Positions 1-9,318 of a DNA stretch of 64,000 bases are shown here, one piece after another. The notes beneath the pieces are model-generated. The model was not told where the DNA came from. It made no database searches and saw only the letters and a program-made list of their open reading frames with translations. The position numbers and the translations under genes were made by a program. Position 1 is the stretch's first letter. Every line of letters begins with the position of its first letter. Where the stretch lies: positions 32,681 through 96,680 of the forward strand of contig DASZWN010000002.1 of assembly GCA_035546575.1 (NCBI GenBank), read 5' to 3'. The stretch comes from Minisyncoccota bacterium (GTDB lineage Bacteria; Patescibacteriota; Minisyncoccia; Phycocordibacterales; SBAW01).

Positions 1-1296
1 GCCTACGTGGCGCGCGCAGCCCTCAATTTTTTTGCCGAGGTCGATAATGTCTCGCACCTCTTCCTCCTCTTTATACATAGCGGCGAGTGCCGCGTTCTCG
101 TTCAGCGCTCTATCGAGCGTCATCGCAAAACCTTGTGAGCCGAATGGGATTTCTTTAGCAATGCGGTCGCCTACACCGTACGCATAGCCCAGCGCGCGAG
201 CAACGTCGCGCACGACGCCGCGCGCGAGCATCGTACCGAACGTGCCTATCTGGGCCACGTGGTCGTCACCGTAGGTGCGGCGCGCGTACTCGATCACCTC
301 GTCGCGCCGGTTGTCGGCGTAGTCCATGTCGATGTCGGGAGCCGACGGGCGCTCCGGGTTGAGAAAGCGCTCGAAGGGGATTTTGTAGGTGAGTGGATTT
401 ACGTTGGTGATGCCGAGCGTGTAGGTGGTTAAGGAGCCTGCAACTGAGCCGCGTATGGTGGTGAGGATTTTATGCTCGCGCGCGAACCGAAGCAGGTCGG
501 CTACCACCAAGAAGTACGGCGCATACCCTTTGCCGGTAATAATGCTGTACTCGTACTCGATGCGCTCCCGCACTGCCGGATCGTCCTGCATGCCATTGCG
601 CTCGATGCCCGCCTCGATCAGCTTGCGCAGCTCGTCGTTGTAGGTAGAGTCCTTCGGGATCTTTATATCAGGGAACACCCACGAGCCGAGTGTTAACTCC
701 AAGTTGCAGCTCTCGGCTATTGAGAGCGTCGCTCCCAGCTGCTCTTTGGTAAAGCGATCTTCCATTTCAGCCTGGCCGGGGAAATAGCGCGAATCGTCCT
801 CGTCATCATTAATGTCGCCTCTCTCTTGCGGCGCGTTATTGCCGATGGCACACAAGGTCTCCCACGCGCGGCGGTCCTCGGGGTTAATATAGTAGATTTC
901 TGCCAGCGCGACCCCTTTTGTTTTTGGGTCGAGCGTAATGATGCCGGCGCCGTGCTCCTCTAGCATCTCTTTGGTAATAGTTGGATTGTCTGGGGTCTCG
1001 AGGTTCGACTTTGTCACAAGCGCGAGTAAATTTTTGTAGCCCACCTCATTTTGCGCGTACAGCAGCAGGCGTTTGCCGTCGCCGATATGTGCATCAAGCC
1101 CGATGATCGGTTTAATCCCTGCCGCTTTGCACTCTTTATAAAACTCGATAGCGCCATAGAGATTGCCGATGTCGGTGAGAGCCAAGGTTTTGAGGCCAAT
1201 CTCTTGCGCTCGTTTTACCAAATCGGGGATCTTTGGGAGTGCTCGCAAAAGAGAGTAGTGCGAGTGGACATGCAGGTGGGTAAAAGAAGCTTCCAT
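1..1296 (-). CDS. dnaE: DNA polymerase III alpha subunit (DnaE), N-terminal part; the gene continues past the window start
   Basis: The reverse-strand translation starts MEASFTHLHVHSHYSLLRALPKIPDLVKRAQEIGL (PHP-domain HxH motif) with its ATG at 1294-1296. The frame stays open to position 1, so it is missing from the complete-ORF track. Confidence 0.8.
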   Translation of the reverse strand, partial: MEASFTHLHVHSHYSLLRALPKIPDLVKRAQEIGLKTLALTDIGNLYGAIEFYKECKAAGIKPIIGLDAHIGDGKRLLLYAQNEVGYKNLLALVTKSNLETPDNPTITKEMLEEHGAGIITLDPKTKGVALAEIYYINPEDRRAWETLCAIGNNAPQERGDINDDEDDSRYFPGQAEMEDRFTKEQLGATLSIAESCNLELTLGSWVFPDIKIPKDSTYNDELRKLIEAGIERNGMQDDPAVRERIEYEYSIITGKGYAPYFLVVADLLRFAREHKILTTIRGSVAGSLTTYTLGITNVNPLTYKIPFERFLNPERPSAPDIDMDYADNRRDEVIEYARRTYGDDHVAQIGTFGTMLARGVVRDVARALGYAYGVGDRIAKEIPFGSQGFAMTLDRALNENAALAAMYKEEEEVRDIIDLGKKIEGCARHVG

Positions 1297-1316
1297 AGAC
1301 CCAGTATACTCTTTGT

Positions 1317-1931
1317 ATGGGTAGATTTCTTGTCGGGATAGACGAGGCAGGGCGCGGGCCGCTTGCGGGACCGGTGGCTGTGGGCGTCGTGGCCGCACCA
1401 CCGGGGTTTGATATGCGTGAGTTGAGCGGTGTGCGGGACAGCAAACAAATGAGCGAACTCGGGCGTGAGATCTGGTTTGAGAAGCTCCAGGTGCTTGAGC
1501 GCGAGGCGGGGCTCAGGTGGAGCGTGCAGTTCTCCTCTGCGTTATATATAGACACCTACGGCATCGTGCCAGCGATCAAGCGGGCGCTTGCGCGCGGCCT
1601 GCGCGCTCTTGAGGTACAGCCAGACCAATCCAAAGTCTTGCTCGACGGTTCGCTCAAAGCACCCAAAAAATTTCTATACCAACAAACAATTATCCGTGGT
1701 GACGCCACCGAGCCAATCATCAGCCTGGCAAGCGTTGCGGCAAAGGTAAAGCGCGACAGGCTCATGCGCCGCCTGGCGCTCAAGTATCCTGAATATGGTT
1801 TTGAGGTCCATAAAGGCTATGGCACCAAAAAACATCGCAATTTAATAAGGATTTTGGGCACCTGCGATATACACCGCCAGACTTTCTGTAAGCCTGCCTT
1901 GCCGGTAGGCAGGGTTGAAAAAACGAAATAG
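1317..1931 (+). CDS. rnhB: Ribonuclease HII
   Basis: GIDEAGRGPLAGPV motif, about 200 aa. Its ATG lies only 20 bp from the divergent dnaE start. Confidence 0.9.
   Translation: MGRFLVGIDEAGRGPLAGPVAVGVVAAPPGFDMRELSGVRDSKQMSELGREIWFEKLQVLEREAGLRWSVQFSSALYIDTYGIVPAIKRALARGLRALEVQPDQSKVLLDGSLKAPKKFLYQQTIIRGDATEPIISLASVAAKVKRDRLMRRLALKYPEYGFEVHKGYGTKKHRNLIRILGTCDIHRQTFCKPALPVGRVEKTK
1892..1913. repeat. Palindromic repeat element, copy 1, inside the 3' end of rnhB
   Basis: GCCTGCCTTGCCGGTAGGCAGG, encoding ...KPALPVGRV. Confidence 0.5.
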
Positions 1932-2350
1932 AAGGAGTACTATTGATATCCGTAAGTTCTTGAGGCCCATAAAAAAGAATTGGGAGACAAGCATGGCTTG
2001 GAAAACGGCGCCAGCTGAGGAATACTCTGGCGCGCGAGTGCTGAATATCATCAGCACGACACGGGAAGACGGGGAGAGATCCTTGGGTGAAAGTTTCTGC
2101 GCCTTGTACGGCACACCTCGCTGTAAACACAACGGCGTATGTCCGGAGCAAGGTTTCTGCAAAGACTTTTCCTTCAAGGCTCAAACCGTTCCCGATGCGG
2201 CAATCCTATTCCACGAAGATGCCGATCGACATCGATCAGTGGCAGCGTAAACCTCGGGAGGAAGTTTTTGCCCCGCCTGGTGCCTAGTGCACAAGGCGGG
2301 GTTTGTCTTTTTTGCCCTTTGCTGGTATAGTCTTTTGCATGGTTATTCGC

Positions 2351-2575
2351 ATGAGACATACCCGGGCGCATACGGCAAACCGCCGCAGCCACCATGCCCT
2401 CAAGGCCCAACACCTCACTACGTGTGAGTGTGGCAATCCGCGTGTCTCTCATCGCGCATGCCCGGCATGCGGCCGCTATAATGGCCGTGTTGTCGTAGAT
2501 GTCGCCGGTAAGCTGGCAGCACGCCAGGCAAAGGCGGCAAAGAAGGAAGGAGCTAAGAGCGAGGCGCAGAAGTAG
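2351..2575 (+). CDS. rpmF: 50S ribosomal protein L32
   Basis: MRHTRAHTANRRSHHALK...CECGNPRVSHRACPACGRY (L32 zinc-ribbon signature). The start was moved to the internal ATG at 2351 of ORF 2303..2575. Confidence 0.85.
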   Translation: MRHTRAHTANRRSHHALKAQHLTTCECGNPRVSHRACPACGRYNGRVVVDVAGKLAARQAKAAKKEGAKSEAQK

Positions 2576-2641
2576 TCTGCCTTTCCCTCTTGGGTCTATC
2601 TAGTGGTTCGGTGCGAGTTTTCGGAAGCTCTTTTACACCAC

Positions 2642-3553
2642 ATGGCAAATAGGCACCTATCTCGCTCGGTTGTCCTCCAAACGCTCTTTGAGTGGGACAT
2701 ACGCAACTCCTCTCCTGAGGCGTGCGGGGAGGCGCTTGTGCGCAACGCTGCGGAATTTGCTCCGGCTGCAGGCGATTTGCCGTTTATGCAGGACTTGCTG
2801 CGCGGCACCCTTGAGCGCAAACAAGACCTCGACCTCGTTATTGAAAAGGCCGCTCCCGAGTGGCCGCTTGAGCGTATCGCTCCGGTCGACCGCAATGTAC
2901 TGCGCCTCGGCCTCTACGAGCTCTTGTTTTCTGACCGCGAAAAGGTTCCGGCAAAAGTCGCTATCAACGAGGCGATCGAGTTGGCAAAAAGCTTCGGTGG
3001 CGAAAATTCCGGACGGTTTGTAAACGGCGTATTAGGTGCTGTCTATAAAGAGCTTGGCGAGCCCGGTAAAGACGAAGTAAGCAAAAAGAAAAAGGAGGTC
3101 CCATACGAGGAGATGCCGCAAGAGCGTCTCGTTGGTGCGGTTGTCTATACCAGACAAGGCAAGGATATCTTTTTGGCCCTCGTACATGACATCTTTGGCC
3201 ACTGGACCTTATCTAAAGGTAAGCTCACTCCCGAGGAAACTCCCGAGGCCGGCGTGGTGCGCAAGATAAAAGAGGAGATCGGACTTGATGTCACGCCGGA
3301 GGTGCGGCTTGGCGAAAACGAGTATGTAGCTAGTGACCCGGCTGCCGGCAAAAAGCGCAAACATGTGATCTACTTTTTGGCGCAGTCGCCGTTTACCGAG
3401 GTGCAGCTCGCTAAAAAGGGCGGGCTCGACGACGCAAAGTGGTTTCGACTCCAAGACGCGCTCGAGCTTAACTTTTACGAAGACATGCTCCCTATAGTTA
3501 CAAAAGCAGTGCAGTCATTATCTATTACTAATTCGTCAGAAAAGAAGCGCTGA
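2642..3553 (+). CDS. nusB: NusB antitermination factor fused to a C-terminal Nudix hydrolase domain
   Basis: The N-terminal roughly 140 aa are NusB-like (LFEWD...NAIELAKSFGG). After a Lys-rich linker comes a Nudix box, GKLTPEETPEAGVVRKIKEEIGL (Gx5Ex7R[E>K]IxEExGL), at nt 3221-3289. The ORF track starts at GTG 2603; the first ATG at 2642 is more likely. Confidence 0.8.
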   Translation: MANRHLSRSVVLQTLFEWDIRNSSPEACGEALVRNAAEFAPAAGDLPFMQDLLRGTLERKQDLDLVIEKAAPEWPLERIAPVDRNVLRLGLYELLFSDREKVPAKVAINEAIELAKSFGGENSGRFVNGVLGAVYKELGEPGKDEVSKKKKEVPYEEMPQERLVGAVVYTRQGKDIFLALVHDIFGHWTLSKGKLTPEETPEAGVVRKIKEEIGLDVTPEVRLGENEYVASDPAAGKKRKHVIYFLAQSPFTEVQLAKKGGLDDAKWFRLQDALELNFYEDMLPIVTKAVQSLSITNSSEKKR

Positions 3554-3554
3554 T

Positions 3555-4247
3555 ATGCAGAAAGATTTTAAAGCGTTCGCCGCATCGATAGGTATCACAT
3601 TCAATAATCTCAAGTTACTACGCCAGGCGTTTACGCATCGCTCGTATCTCAACGAGCACCGCTCCGAGACCGCCGAGCACAACGAGCGCCTCGAGTTTTT
3701 GGGCGACGCAGTGCTTGAGCTTATCGCAACGCACTTTCTGTTTGAGAAGTTTCCGACCCACAGCGAGGGCGATCTTACTGCATTCCGCGCGTCTCTTGTT
3801 AACGCGATTACGCTTGGCGAAGTCGCGGGGGAGATCGGCATGAACGACTACTTGCTCCTGAGCCGTGGCGAGAGCAAAGACCAGGGTCGCGCTCGCGTTA
3901 TCTTGCTTGCCAATGCAATCGAGGCACTTGTGGGTGCAATTTACTTGGACCAGGGCTATGATGCCGCAAAGGCATTTATAGAAAAGAATCTTTTCCCCAA
4001 GCTCGACAAAATTGTTGCCGACAAGTCATGGCGCGACTCCAAGTCGGTCCTCCAAGAGCGCGCGCAAGAGACAGAGGGGGCAACGCCATACTACTCGGTT
4101 ATCAATGAGACCGGCCCCGACCACGACAAACAGTTCGTGATTGGCGTGTACGTAAAAGACACGCTCTTGGCAAAAGGTACCGGCAAATCTAAACAAGAAG
4201 GCGAGCAAGACGCTGCCAAAAACGCGCTTGAAGCCAAGGGGTGGTAA
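3555..4247 (+). CDS. rnc: Ribonuclease III
   Basis: ERLEFLGDAVLEL catalytic signature plus a C-terminal dsRBD. The start overlaps the nusB stop (ATGA). Confidence 0.95.
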   Translation: MQKDFKAFAASIGITFNNLKLLRQAFTHRSYLNEHRSETAEHNERLEFLGDAVLELIATHFLFEKFPTHSEGDLTAFRASLVNAITLGEVAGEIGMNDYLLLSRGESKDQGRARVILLANAIEALVGAIYLDQGYDAAKAFIEKNLFPKLDKIVADKSWRDSKSVLQERAQETEGATPYYSVINETGPDHDKQFVIGVYVKDTLLAKGTGKSKQEGEQDAAKNALEAKGW

Positions 4248-4256
4248 AATACCCCT

Positions 4257-6515
4257 ATGCGTTTGAAGTCTATCGAGATATCGGGGTTTAAGTCTTTTGC
4301 CAAAAAGACGACACTTGAGTTTGCTTCCTCAATTACCGCGATTGTTGGGCCCAACGGATCGGGCAAGTCTAATACTGCCGAGAGCTTCCGCTTTGTGCTA
4401 GGCGAGCAGTCGATGAAGAGTATGCGGGGGCGCCGCGGCGAGGACATGATCTGGAATGGCTCGACTGCAGTGCCGCGCGCGGGCCGTGCGGGCGTAAAGC
4501 TCGTGTTCGACAACAGCGACCGTGCGCTCAGCCTCGATTTTGATGAAGTTGCTATCGAGCGCGTGGTATACCGCGACGGCGGAAACGATTATCTTTTAAA
4601 CGGCAGCCAGGTGCGCTTGCGTGACATTGCAGAGCTGCTTGCCCAGGCCAACATTGGCGCATCGGGTCATCACATCATTTCCCAAGGCGAAGCGGACCGT
4701 ATTCTTACTTCGAGCAGCCGCGAGCGCCGCGAGATGGTCGAGGACGCACTTGGCCTCACCGCCTATTTATATAAGAGAGAGGAGGCCGAACGAAAATTAG
4801 AGAAGACGGCCGAGAACATGCGCGAGGTAGAGGCGCTCCGGCGAGAACTCGTGCCGCATCTAAAGTTTTTGGCATCTCAAGTCAAAAAGATCGAGGAGGC
4901 GCAAACACTGCGCGACGACTTGGCACAAAAATATCTCGAGTACTTAAAACGCGAACATGTGTATCTGCGTGTTGCCGACGCCGAAGTAGGGCAAGAGGAA
5001 AGTGTGCCTAAGGCAGAGCGCGAGGAGTTGGAGTCGCGCATCGAGCACATACGCCGCGAGCTCGCCGGCAAGGGAAAAAAAGACGCGCAAACCCACGAGC
5101 TGATCGACTTGGAAGCGCAAGGCCGCGCAGCTTCCCAAAAGCGCGACAGCGCAGTGCGCGAGCTTGGCCGCATCGAGGGCGAGATCTCCGCGCATGAGCG
5201 CATTAAAGATACGCAGGAAGGCACGGTGTCGGCACGGGAGGCAAACACCTTTGCCGTGCGTGTACAAGAAGAGCTTGAGGTATTTTTGACGCTCGAGGGT
5301 AATAGCCTCAAGAGCCGCATTAATGCGCTGGTTGTACTTGCTAAAGAATTTCTGCGCCGCATCAGTGACAAAGCCAACCCTGCACATACCGATTTGGAGT
5401 CGCTTACAAAAAAACGCGCGCAGCTAGAAAGTGAGCTTAAAGAGCTTGCCGCAAAGGAGGAACAGATAACCAAAGAGGTTGCCGCGCTGCGCCGCAGCAT
5501 CGAGAGCGAAAAGGATGCATCGCGCGAGGCGGAGCGCGAGCTGTTTCAGGCCATGGCGCGCCGCAGCGAGCTGGAGAGCCAGCTGACCGCGTTTAAGGCG
5601 CGCCGCGATATTCTTGCTCGCGAGCGAGAGTCATTTAAGAGCGAGCTCGGAGAAGCAGGAGCGCTTATTGGTCGCGATGTGCTCGAGTACGAAGCGTATG
5701 TGGTGCGCGATGGCAATGACGAAGTAACCGAATCAGAAATGCTTGAGGAGCCGCGCACTAAGCAAGAAGAGAGGCGTCGCAAACTCGAGCGCATGAAGAT
5801 CAAGCTTGAGGAAATAGGCGCAGGCAACTCGGAAGAGGTCTTGAAGGAGCATAAAGAGACAACTGAGCGCGACCAGTTTTTGATGCGCGAGCTTGAGGAC
5901 CTTAGGTCCTCCTCAGAAAAGCTGCATCACCTTATTGATGAGCTCACCGCAACGCTTGAGACGCGTTTTACCGACGGCATCGACAAGATCAACCATGAGT
6001 TTGATACGTACTTTAAGCTGATGTTCGGCGGTGGCAGCGCTGCGCTCAATATCGTTAAAGAAAAGAAATTGCGCCGTGCTGCGGCGCTGGGCATGTTGGA
6101 TGATATGGAAGATGAAGCTGATAGTAGCGACGAAAAAGACGACAGCGGCGAGGAGGTTGAGGAGGGGATTGATATCTCGGTGAGCTTGCCGCACAAGCGT
6201 ATTAAAGGCCTGCATATGCTCTCCGGCGGCGAACGCGCGCTTACATCTATCGCGCTTATATTCGCAATGTCTCAGGTAAACCCTCCGCCATTTTTGATAC
6301 TCGACGAGACCGATGCTGCGCTCGATGAGGCCAACAGCCGCCGTTACGGCGACATGATCGAGAACCTCAGCCGCAAATCGCAGCTTATTTTGATCACCCA
6401 CAATCGAGAAACTATGAGCCGCGCTGGCATTCTCTACGGCGTTACGATGGGCTCAGACGGTGTTTCTAAACTTCTTTCAGTACAATTTGAAGATGCGGTA
6501 GCGGTAGCGAAATAG
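4257..6515 (+). CDS. smc: SMC-family chromosome-segregation ATPase, short form (752 aa) with no recognisable hinge
   Basis: N-terminus MRLKSIEISGFKSFAKKTTLEF..GPNGSGKSN (Walker A). C-terminus LSGGERALTSIALIFAM (signature) and LILDETDAALDEAN (Walker B). Between them is only continuous coiled-coil-like sequence. Confidence 0.8.
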   Translation: MRLKSIEISGFKSFAKKTTLEFASSITAIVGPNGSGKSNTAESFRFVLGEQSMKSMRGRRGEDMIWNGSTAVPRAGRAGVKLVFDNSDRALSLDFDEVAIERVVYRDGGNDYLLNGSQVRLRDIAELLAQANIGASGHHIISQGEADRILTSSSRERREMVEDALGLTAYLYKREEAERKLEKTAENMREVEALRRELVPHLKFLASQVKKIEEAQTLRDDLAQKYLEYLKREHVYLRVADAEVGQEESVPKAEREELESRIEHIRRELAGKGKKDAQTHELIDLEAQGRAASQKRDSAVRELGRIEGEISAHERIKDTQEGTVSAREANTFAVRVQEELEVFLTLEGNSLKSRINALVVLAKEFLRRISDKANPAHTDLESLTKKRAQLESELKELAAKEEQITKEVAALRRSIESEKDASREAERELFQAMARRSELESQLTAFKARRDILARERESFKSELGEAGALIGRDVLEYEAYVVRDGNDEVTESEMLEEPRTKQEERRRKLERMKIKLEEIGAGNSEEVLKEHKETTERDQFLMRELEDLRSSSEKLHHLIDELTATLETRFTDGIDKINHEFDTYFKLMFGGGSAALNIVKEKKLRRAAALGMLDDMEDEADSSDEKDDSGEEVEEGIDISVSLPHKRIKGLHMLSGGERALTSIALIFAMSQVNPPPFLILDETDAALDEANSRRYGDMIENLSRKSQLILITHNRETMSRAGILYGVTMGSDGVSKLLSVQFEDAVAVAK

Positions 6516-6779
6516 GCTTGTTTTTGTTACAGTTAGGAGAATTCCGTATCTGAGCGGAAGTGCACATTCACGGAGGCGAACTTCAATGGGAGTACCGGAC
6601 GAGACTGAACGCAGACTCGCATCCGAGCGGGTACGCGACGACCTGAATCGTCAGATCAAGGATCCTTTTCCTAATCAGAAATCGAAACAGCGTGTGACTC
6701 CAGGCAAGACGGATGAGGGTGCGGGTCTCAGCTCCCACTATCGTGATCCGTCGACCATGGACGGGAAGCTTCGCTGGGA
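6516..6779. other. 265-bp convergent spacer between smc and rnr; no ORF or known RNA could be assigned
   Basis: Unusually long for this dense genome and GC-rich with stem potential (GACGGAUC...GAUCCGUC). The small ORF 6586..6783 has no RBS and a low-complexity product. Confidence 0.3.
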
Positions 6780-8723
6780 CTAAGCCAATTCAAAATCGAG
6801 GGTGCGGGCTGAGAGGTCCGCACCTACAAGTTTCACCTTCACCTTGTCACCCAAGGTGAATTTCTTTTTTGTGCGCTGGCCAATCAGCGCGTACTCTTTT
6901 TGTGAGTAGTTATAAAAATCGTCGCCTATCGTACGCACGCGCACCAAACCCTCGGATGCCGATTCTTTTTCTTCGACATACAGACCCCAGTCGGTTACGC
7001 CGGATATAACGCCTTCAAATGTCTGGCCGATTTTGCCCTGCATAAATTCCACCTGCTTGTAGCGGATAGACTCGCGCTCGGCCTCTACGGCCTCGGCCTC
7101 GCGGGCGCTTGCGGCGATACACATCTTTTCCAGGTTGCCGAACTCGGCATGGGTGAGCGGCTTGCCGTTTAAATGGCTCGCAAGTATGCGGTGCGCGAGC
7201 ATGTCGGGGTAGCGGCGGATCGGCGAGGTAAAGTGCGTGTAGTACTCGAACGCAAGCCCAAAGTGGCCGATGTTCTTTGTCGAGTAGATGGCCTTGGCCA
7301 TTGAGCGCAGCGTTGCGGTGCGGATGAGATGCTGCTCGGGCTTGCCCTCGATGTCGTGCAACAGCTTTGCTATGTCACGCGCCGACTTCTTTTTCTTTGT
7401 ATTAAAGTCATAGCCAAGTGCGCGGACAAAAATCGAGAGCTCCTCGATCCGATCCTCCTTGGGCTGGTCGTGGATGCGGTAGAGGAATACATAATTCTTT
7501 TCCGGCAGCTTTTTAGCGAGTTCCGACACAAAAGAGGCCACCTCGCGGTTAGCGAGGAGCATAAACTCCTCGATCATGAGCATGGTTTCTATACGCGTTT
7601 TGCGCACCACCTTGAGCGGCTTACCGTCCTCATCGAGGATAAATTTGACCTCGTTATCGCCAAAGTCTATCGCACCCTCCTTCTCGCGCTGCTTCCGCAA
7701 TATGCGGGCGAGTGCGCGCATCTGGCCCAACTCCTCGACAAATGGTCCGCGCGCAGTATTCAAAACCTCCTGAGCCTCTTCGTAGGTAAATCGCTTTTGT
7801 GAGCGGATGATCGACTTCTCAAATCGGCGGGCAAGTACCTCGCCCCGCTCGTTCATGCGGAACACTGCGGAGAACGCAAGCCTGTCCTCGTCGGCCTTGA
7901 GGCTGCAGATATTGCTTGAGAGCTCGTGGGGGAGCATAGGGATTGTTGCGTCGACCAGGTACACCGAGGTGCCGCGGCGCTGCGCCTCGCCATCGATTGC
8001 GGTACCAGGGGAGCAGAAAAATGTTGCGTCGGCGATGTGTACACCGATCTCGTACTCGCCGTTGGCGAGGCTGACTACAGAGATAGCATCGTCAAAGTCT
8101 TTGGCGTCTGCCGGGTCGATCGTGAACGTGGGCGTACCGCGGAAGTCTGCGCGTTTCGCGGCTTCCTCCTCGATAATCTTTGCATGGTTGCGCTCAAACT
8201 CACCCGCCTCTGCGTCGACCGCTTCAGGAAAGTTTGTGTGGAAGCCATGTTCGAGCACAATTGCGTTCATCTCGACGCGATGCTCGCCCGCGCGGCCCAG
8301 ATGCTCGCTGATCGATCCGACCGGATCGCTTTTGCCGTCAAATGAAATAAGGCGCACTAAAACCTTTTCGCCCTCTTCATATCGGCTGCCGTCTTTGAGT
8401 TGTATCGGGCGATAAAATTTTATATCGTCTGCAATCGCGACAAGGCGCCCGTCTTTTGTTTTGAGAGTAGCTACAAATTCTTCTTTTGTGCGGCTCACGA
8501 TGCGTACTATTTTGCCTTTGGGGCGGGGGAATAGACCAGTAAGCTCTACCTCGACAGTGTCACCATTGAGCGCGCCACCCAAATCAATAGTGCTGATCTC
8601 GATATCTTCTTTTTCGCTATCATCTGGCCACGGCAAGTACCCCACGCCTTTGCGCGTTATCTGTATGATGCCGGACACGGCCTTTTTTGCCCCTCCTTTT
8701 GGGCTCGGTTTCTTAGGAGACAT
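6780..8723 (-). CDS. rnr: Ribonuclease R (3'-5' exoribonuclease, RNB family) with a C-terminal S1 domain
   Basis: The RNB-domain core (HIADATFF...YLVDATIPMLP) and a C-terminal S1 domain (GQTFEGVISGVTDWGLYVEE). Confidence 0.9.
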   Translation of the reverse strand: MSPKKPSPKGGAKKAVSGIIQITRKGVGYLPWPDDSEKEDIEISTIDLGGALNGDTVEVELTGLFPRPKGKIVRIVSRTKEEFVATLKTKDGRLVAIADDIKFYRPIQLKDGSRYEEGEKVLVRLISFDGKSDPVGSISEHLGRAGEHRVEMNAIVLEHGFHTNFPEAVDAEAGEFERNHAKIIEEEAAKRADFRGTPTFTIDPADAKDFDDAISVVSLANGEYEIGVHIADATFFCSPGTAIDGEAQRRGTSVYLVDATIPMLPHELSSNICSLKADEDRLAFSAVFRMNERGEVLARRFEKSIIRSQKRFTYEEAQEVLNTARGPFVEELGQMRALARILRKQREKEGAIDFGDNEVKFILDEDGKPLKVVRKTRIETMLMIEEFMLLANREVASFVSELAKKLPEKNYVFLYRIHDQPKEDRIEELSIFVRALGYDFNTKKKKSARDIAKLLHDIEGKPEQHLIRTATLRSMAKAIYSTKNIGHFGLAFEYYTHFTSPIRRYPDMLAHRILASHLNGKPLTHAEFGNLEKMCIAASAREAEAVEAERESIRYKQVEFMQGKIGQTFEGVISGVTDWGLYVEEKESASEGLVRVRTIGDDFYNYSQKEYALIGQRTKKKFTLGDKVKVKLVGADLSARTLDFELA

Positions 8724-8745
8724 TAATACGTATATTATACCACAG

Positions 8746-8774
8746 TTGACCGCAGATATCTACTCTGCTATAGT
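8746..8774 (+). promoter_or_regulatory. Sigma-70-type promoter for the rpsP operon
   Basis: TTGACC at 8746-8751, a 17-nt spacer, and TATAGT at 8769-8774, about 60 nt upstream of the rpsP ATG. Confidence 0.45.
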
Positions 8775-8837
8775 AGAGCCCAAGCCCGTTCAGGGCCGTT
8801 TTTTTGAAGAAAAAACAAGATTCAATAAGATTACGAA

Positions 8838-9272
8838 ATGCTAACTATCCGACTACAACGCCGCGGCCGCACCAATGACCCATCTTTCCGGGTTATTTTG
8901 GTTGAGTCTAAGCGCGCTGCAAAGACCGGCAACTTCCAGGAGGTGCTTGGCTCGTACGACCCGCGCATTGACCGCACCGACCTTAAAGCAGACCGCATCA
9001 AGCACTGGCTCTCTATGGGCGCTACTGTTTCTGACACCGTACACAATATCCTCATTAACCAAAAAATTATCGAAGGTAAAAAGATAAACGTTCTACCAAA
9101 GAAGACCGTTGAGAAAAAGGAGGAGGAAAAAGCAGAAGCTCCAGCTGTTGAGGCAGCGCCAGCAGAAGCAGTAGCTGAGACAACTGAAGAAAAGGCAGAA
9201 GCAACATCTCCTGAAGCAAAAGCAGAAGAGCCTGTGAATACCGAGGTTGCTGAGGAAACTCCCGCACAGTAA
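8838..9272 (+). CDS. rpsP: 30S ribosomal protein S16 with an Ala/Glu/Lys-rich C-terminal tail
   Basis: MLTIRLQRRGRTNDPSFRVILVESKRAAKTGNFQEVLGSYDP matches the S16 family. The C-terminal 60 aa are low-complexity. Confidence 0.9.
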   Translation: MLTIRLQRRGRTNDPSFRVILVESKRAAKTGNFQEVLGSYDPRIDRTDLKADRIKHWLSMGATVSDTVHNILINQKIIEGKKINVLPKKTVEKKEEEKAEAPAVEAAPAEAVAETTEEKAEATSPEAKAEEPVNTEVAEETPAQ

Positions 9273-9318
9273 AATTACGCAAGGCTAGAAGCCTTTAATA
9301 AAATAAAATATACCGACC

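Noticed and set aside
1915-2250. 111-aa ORF between rnhB and rpmF with a C-rich C-terminus that vaguely recalls the YceD/DUF177 protein usually found upstream of rpmF.
   Set aside because: The match to the YceD Cys motif is weak, there is no clear RBS, and a 100-bp gap to rpmF is atypical. It cannot be supported from sequence alone.
6516-6779. tmRNA (ssrA) downstream of rnr, as in Bacillus-type synteny.
   Set aside because: No tRNA-like T-arm or ACCA 3' end, no tag-peptide ORF ending in AA-stop, no smpB nearby, and only 265 nt available. Left as an unassigned spacer.
6586-6783. 65-aa ORF in the smc-rnr spacer.
   Set aside because: No RBS, and the product is highly charged low-complexity. 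The region is more likely non-coding or an ncRNA.
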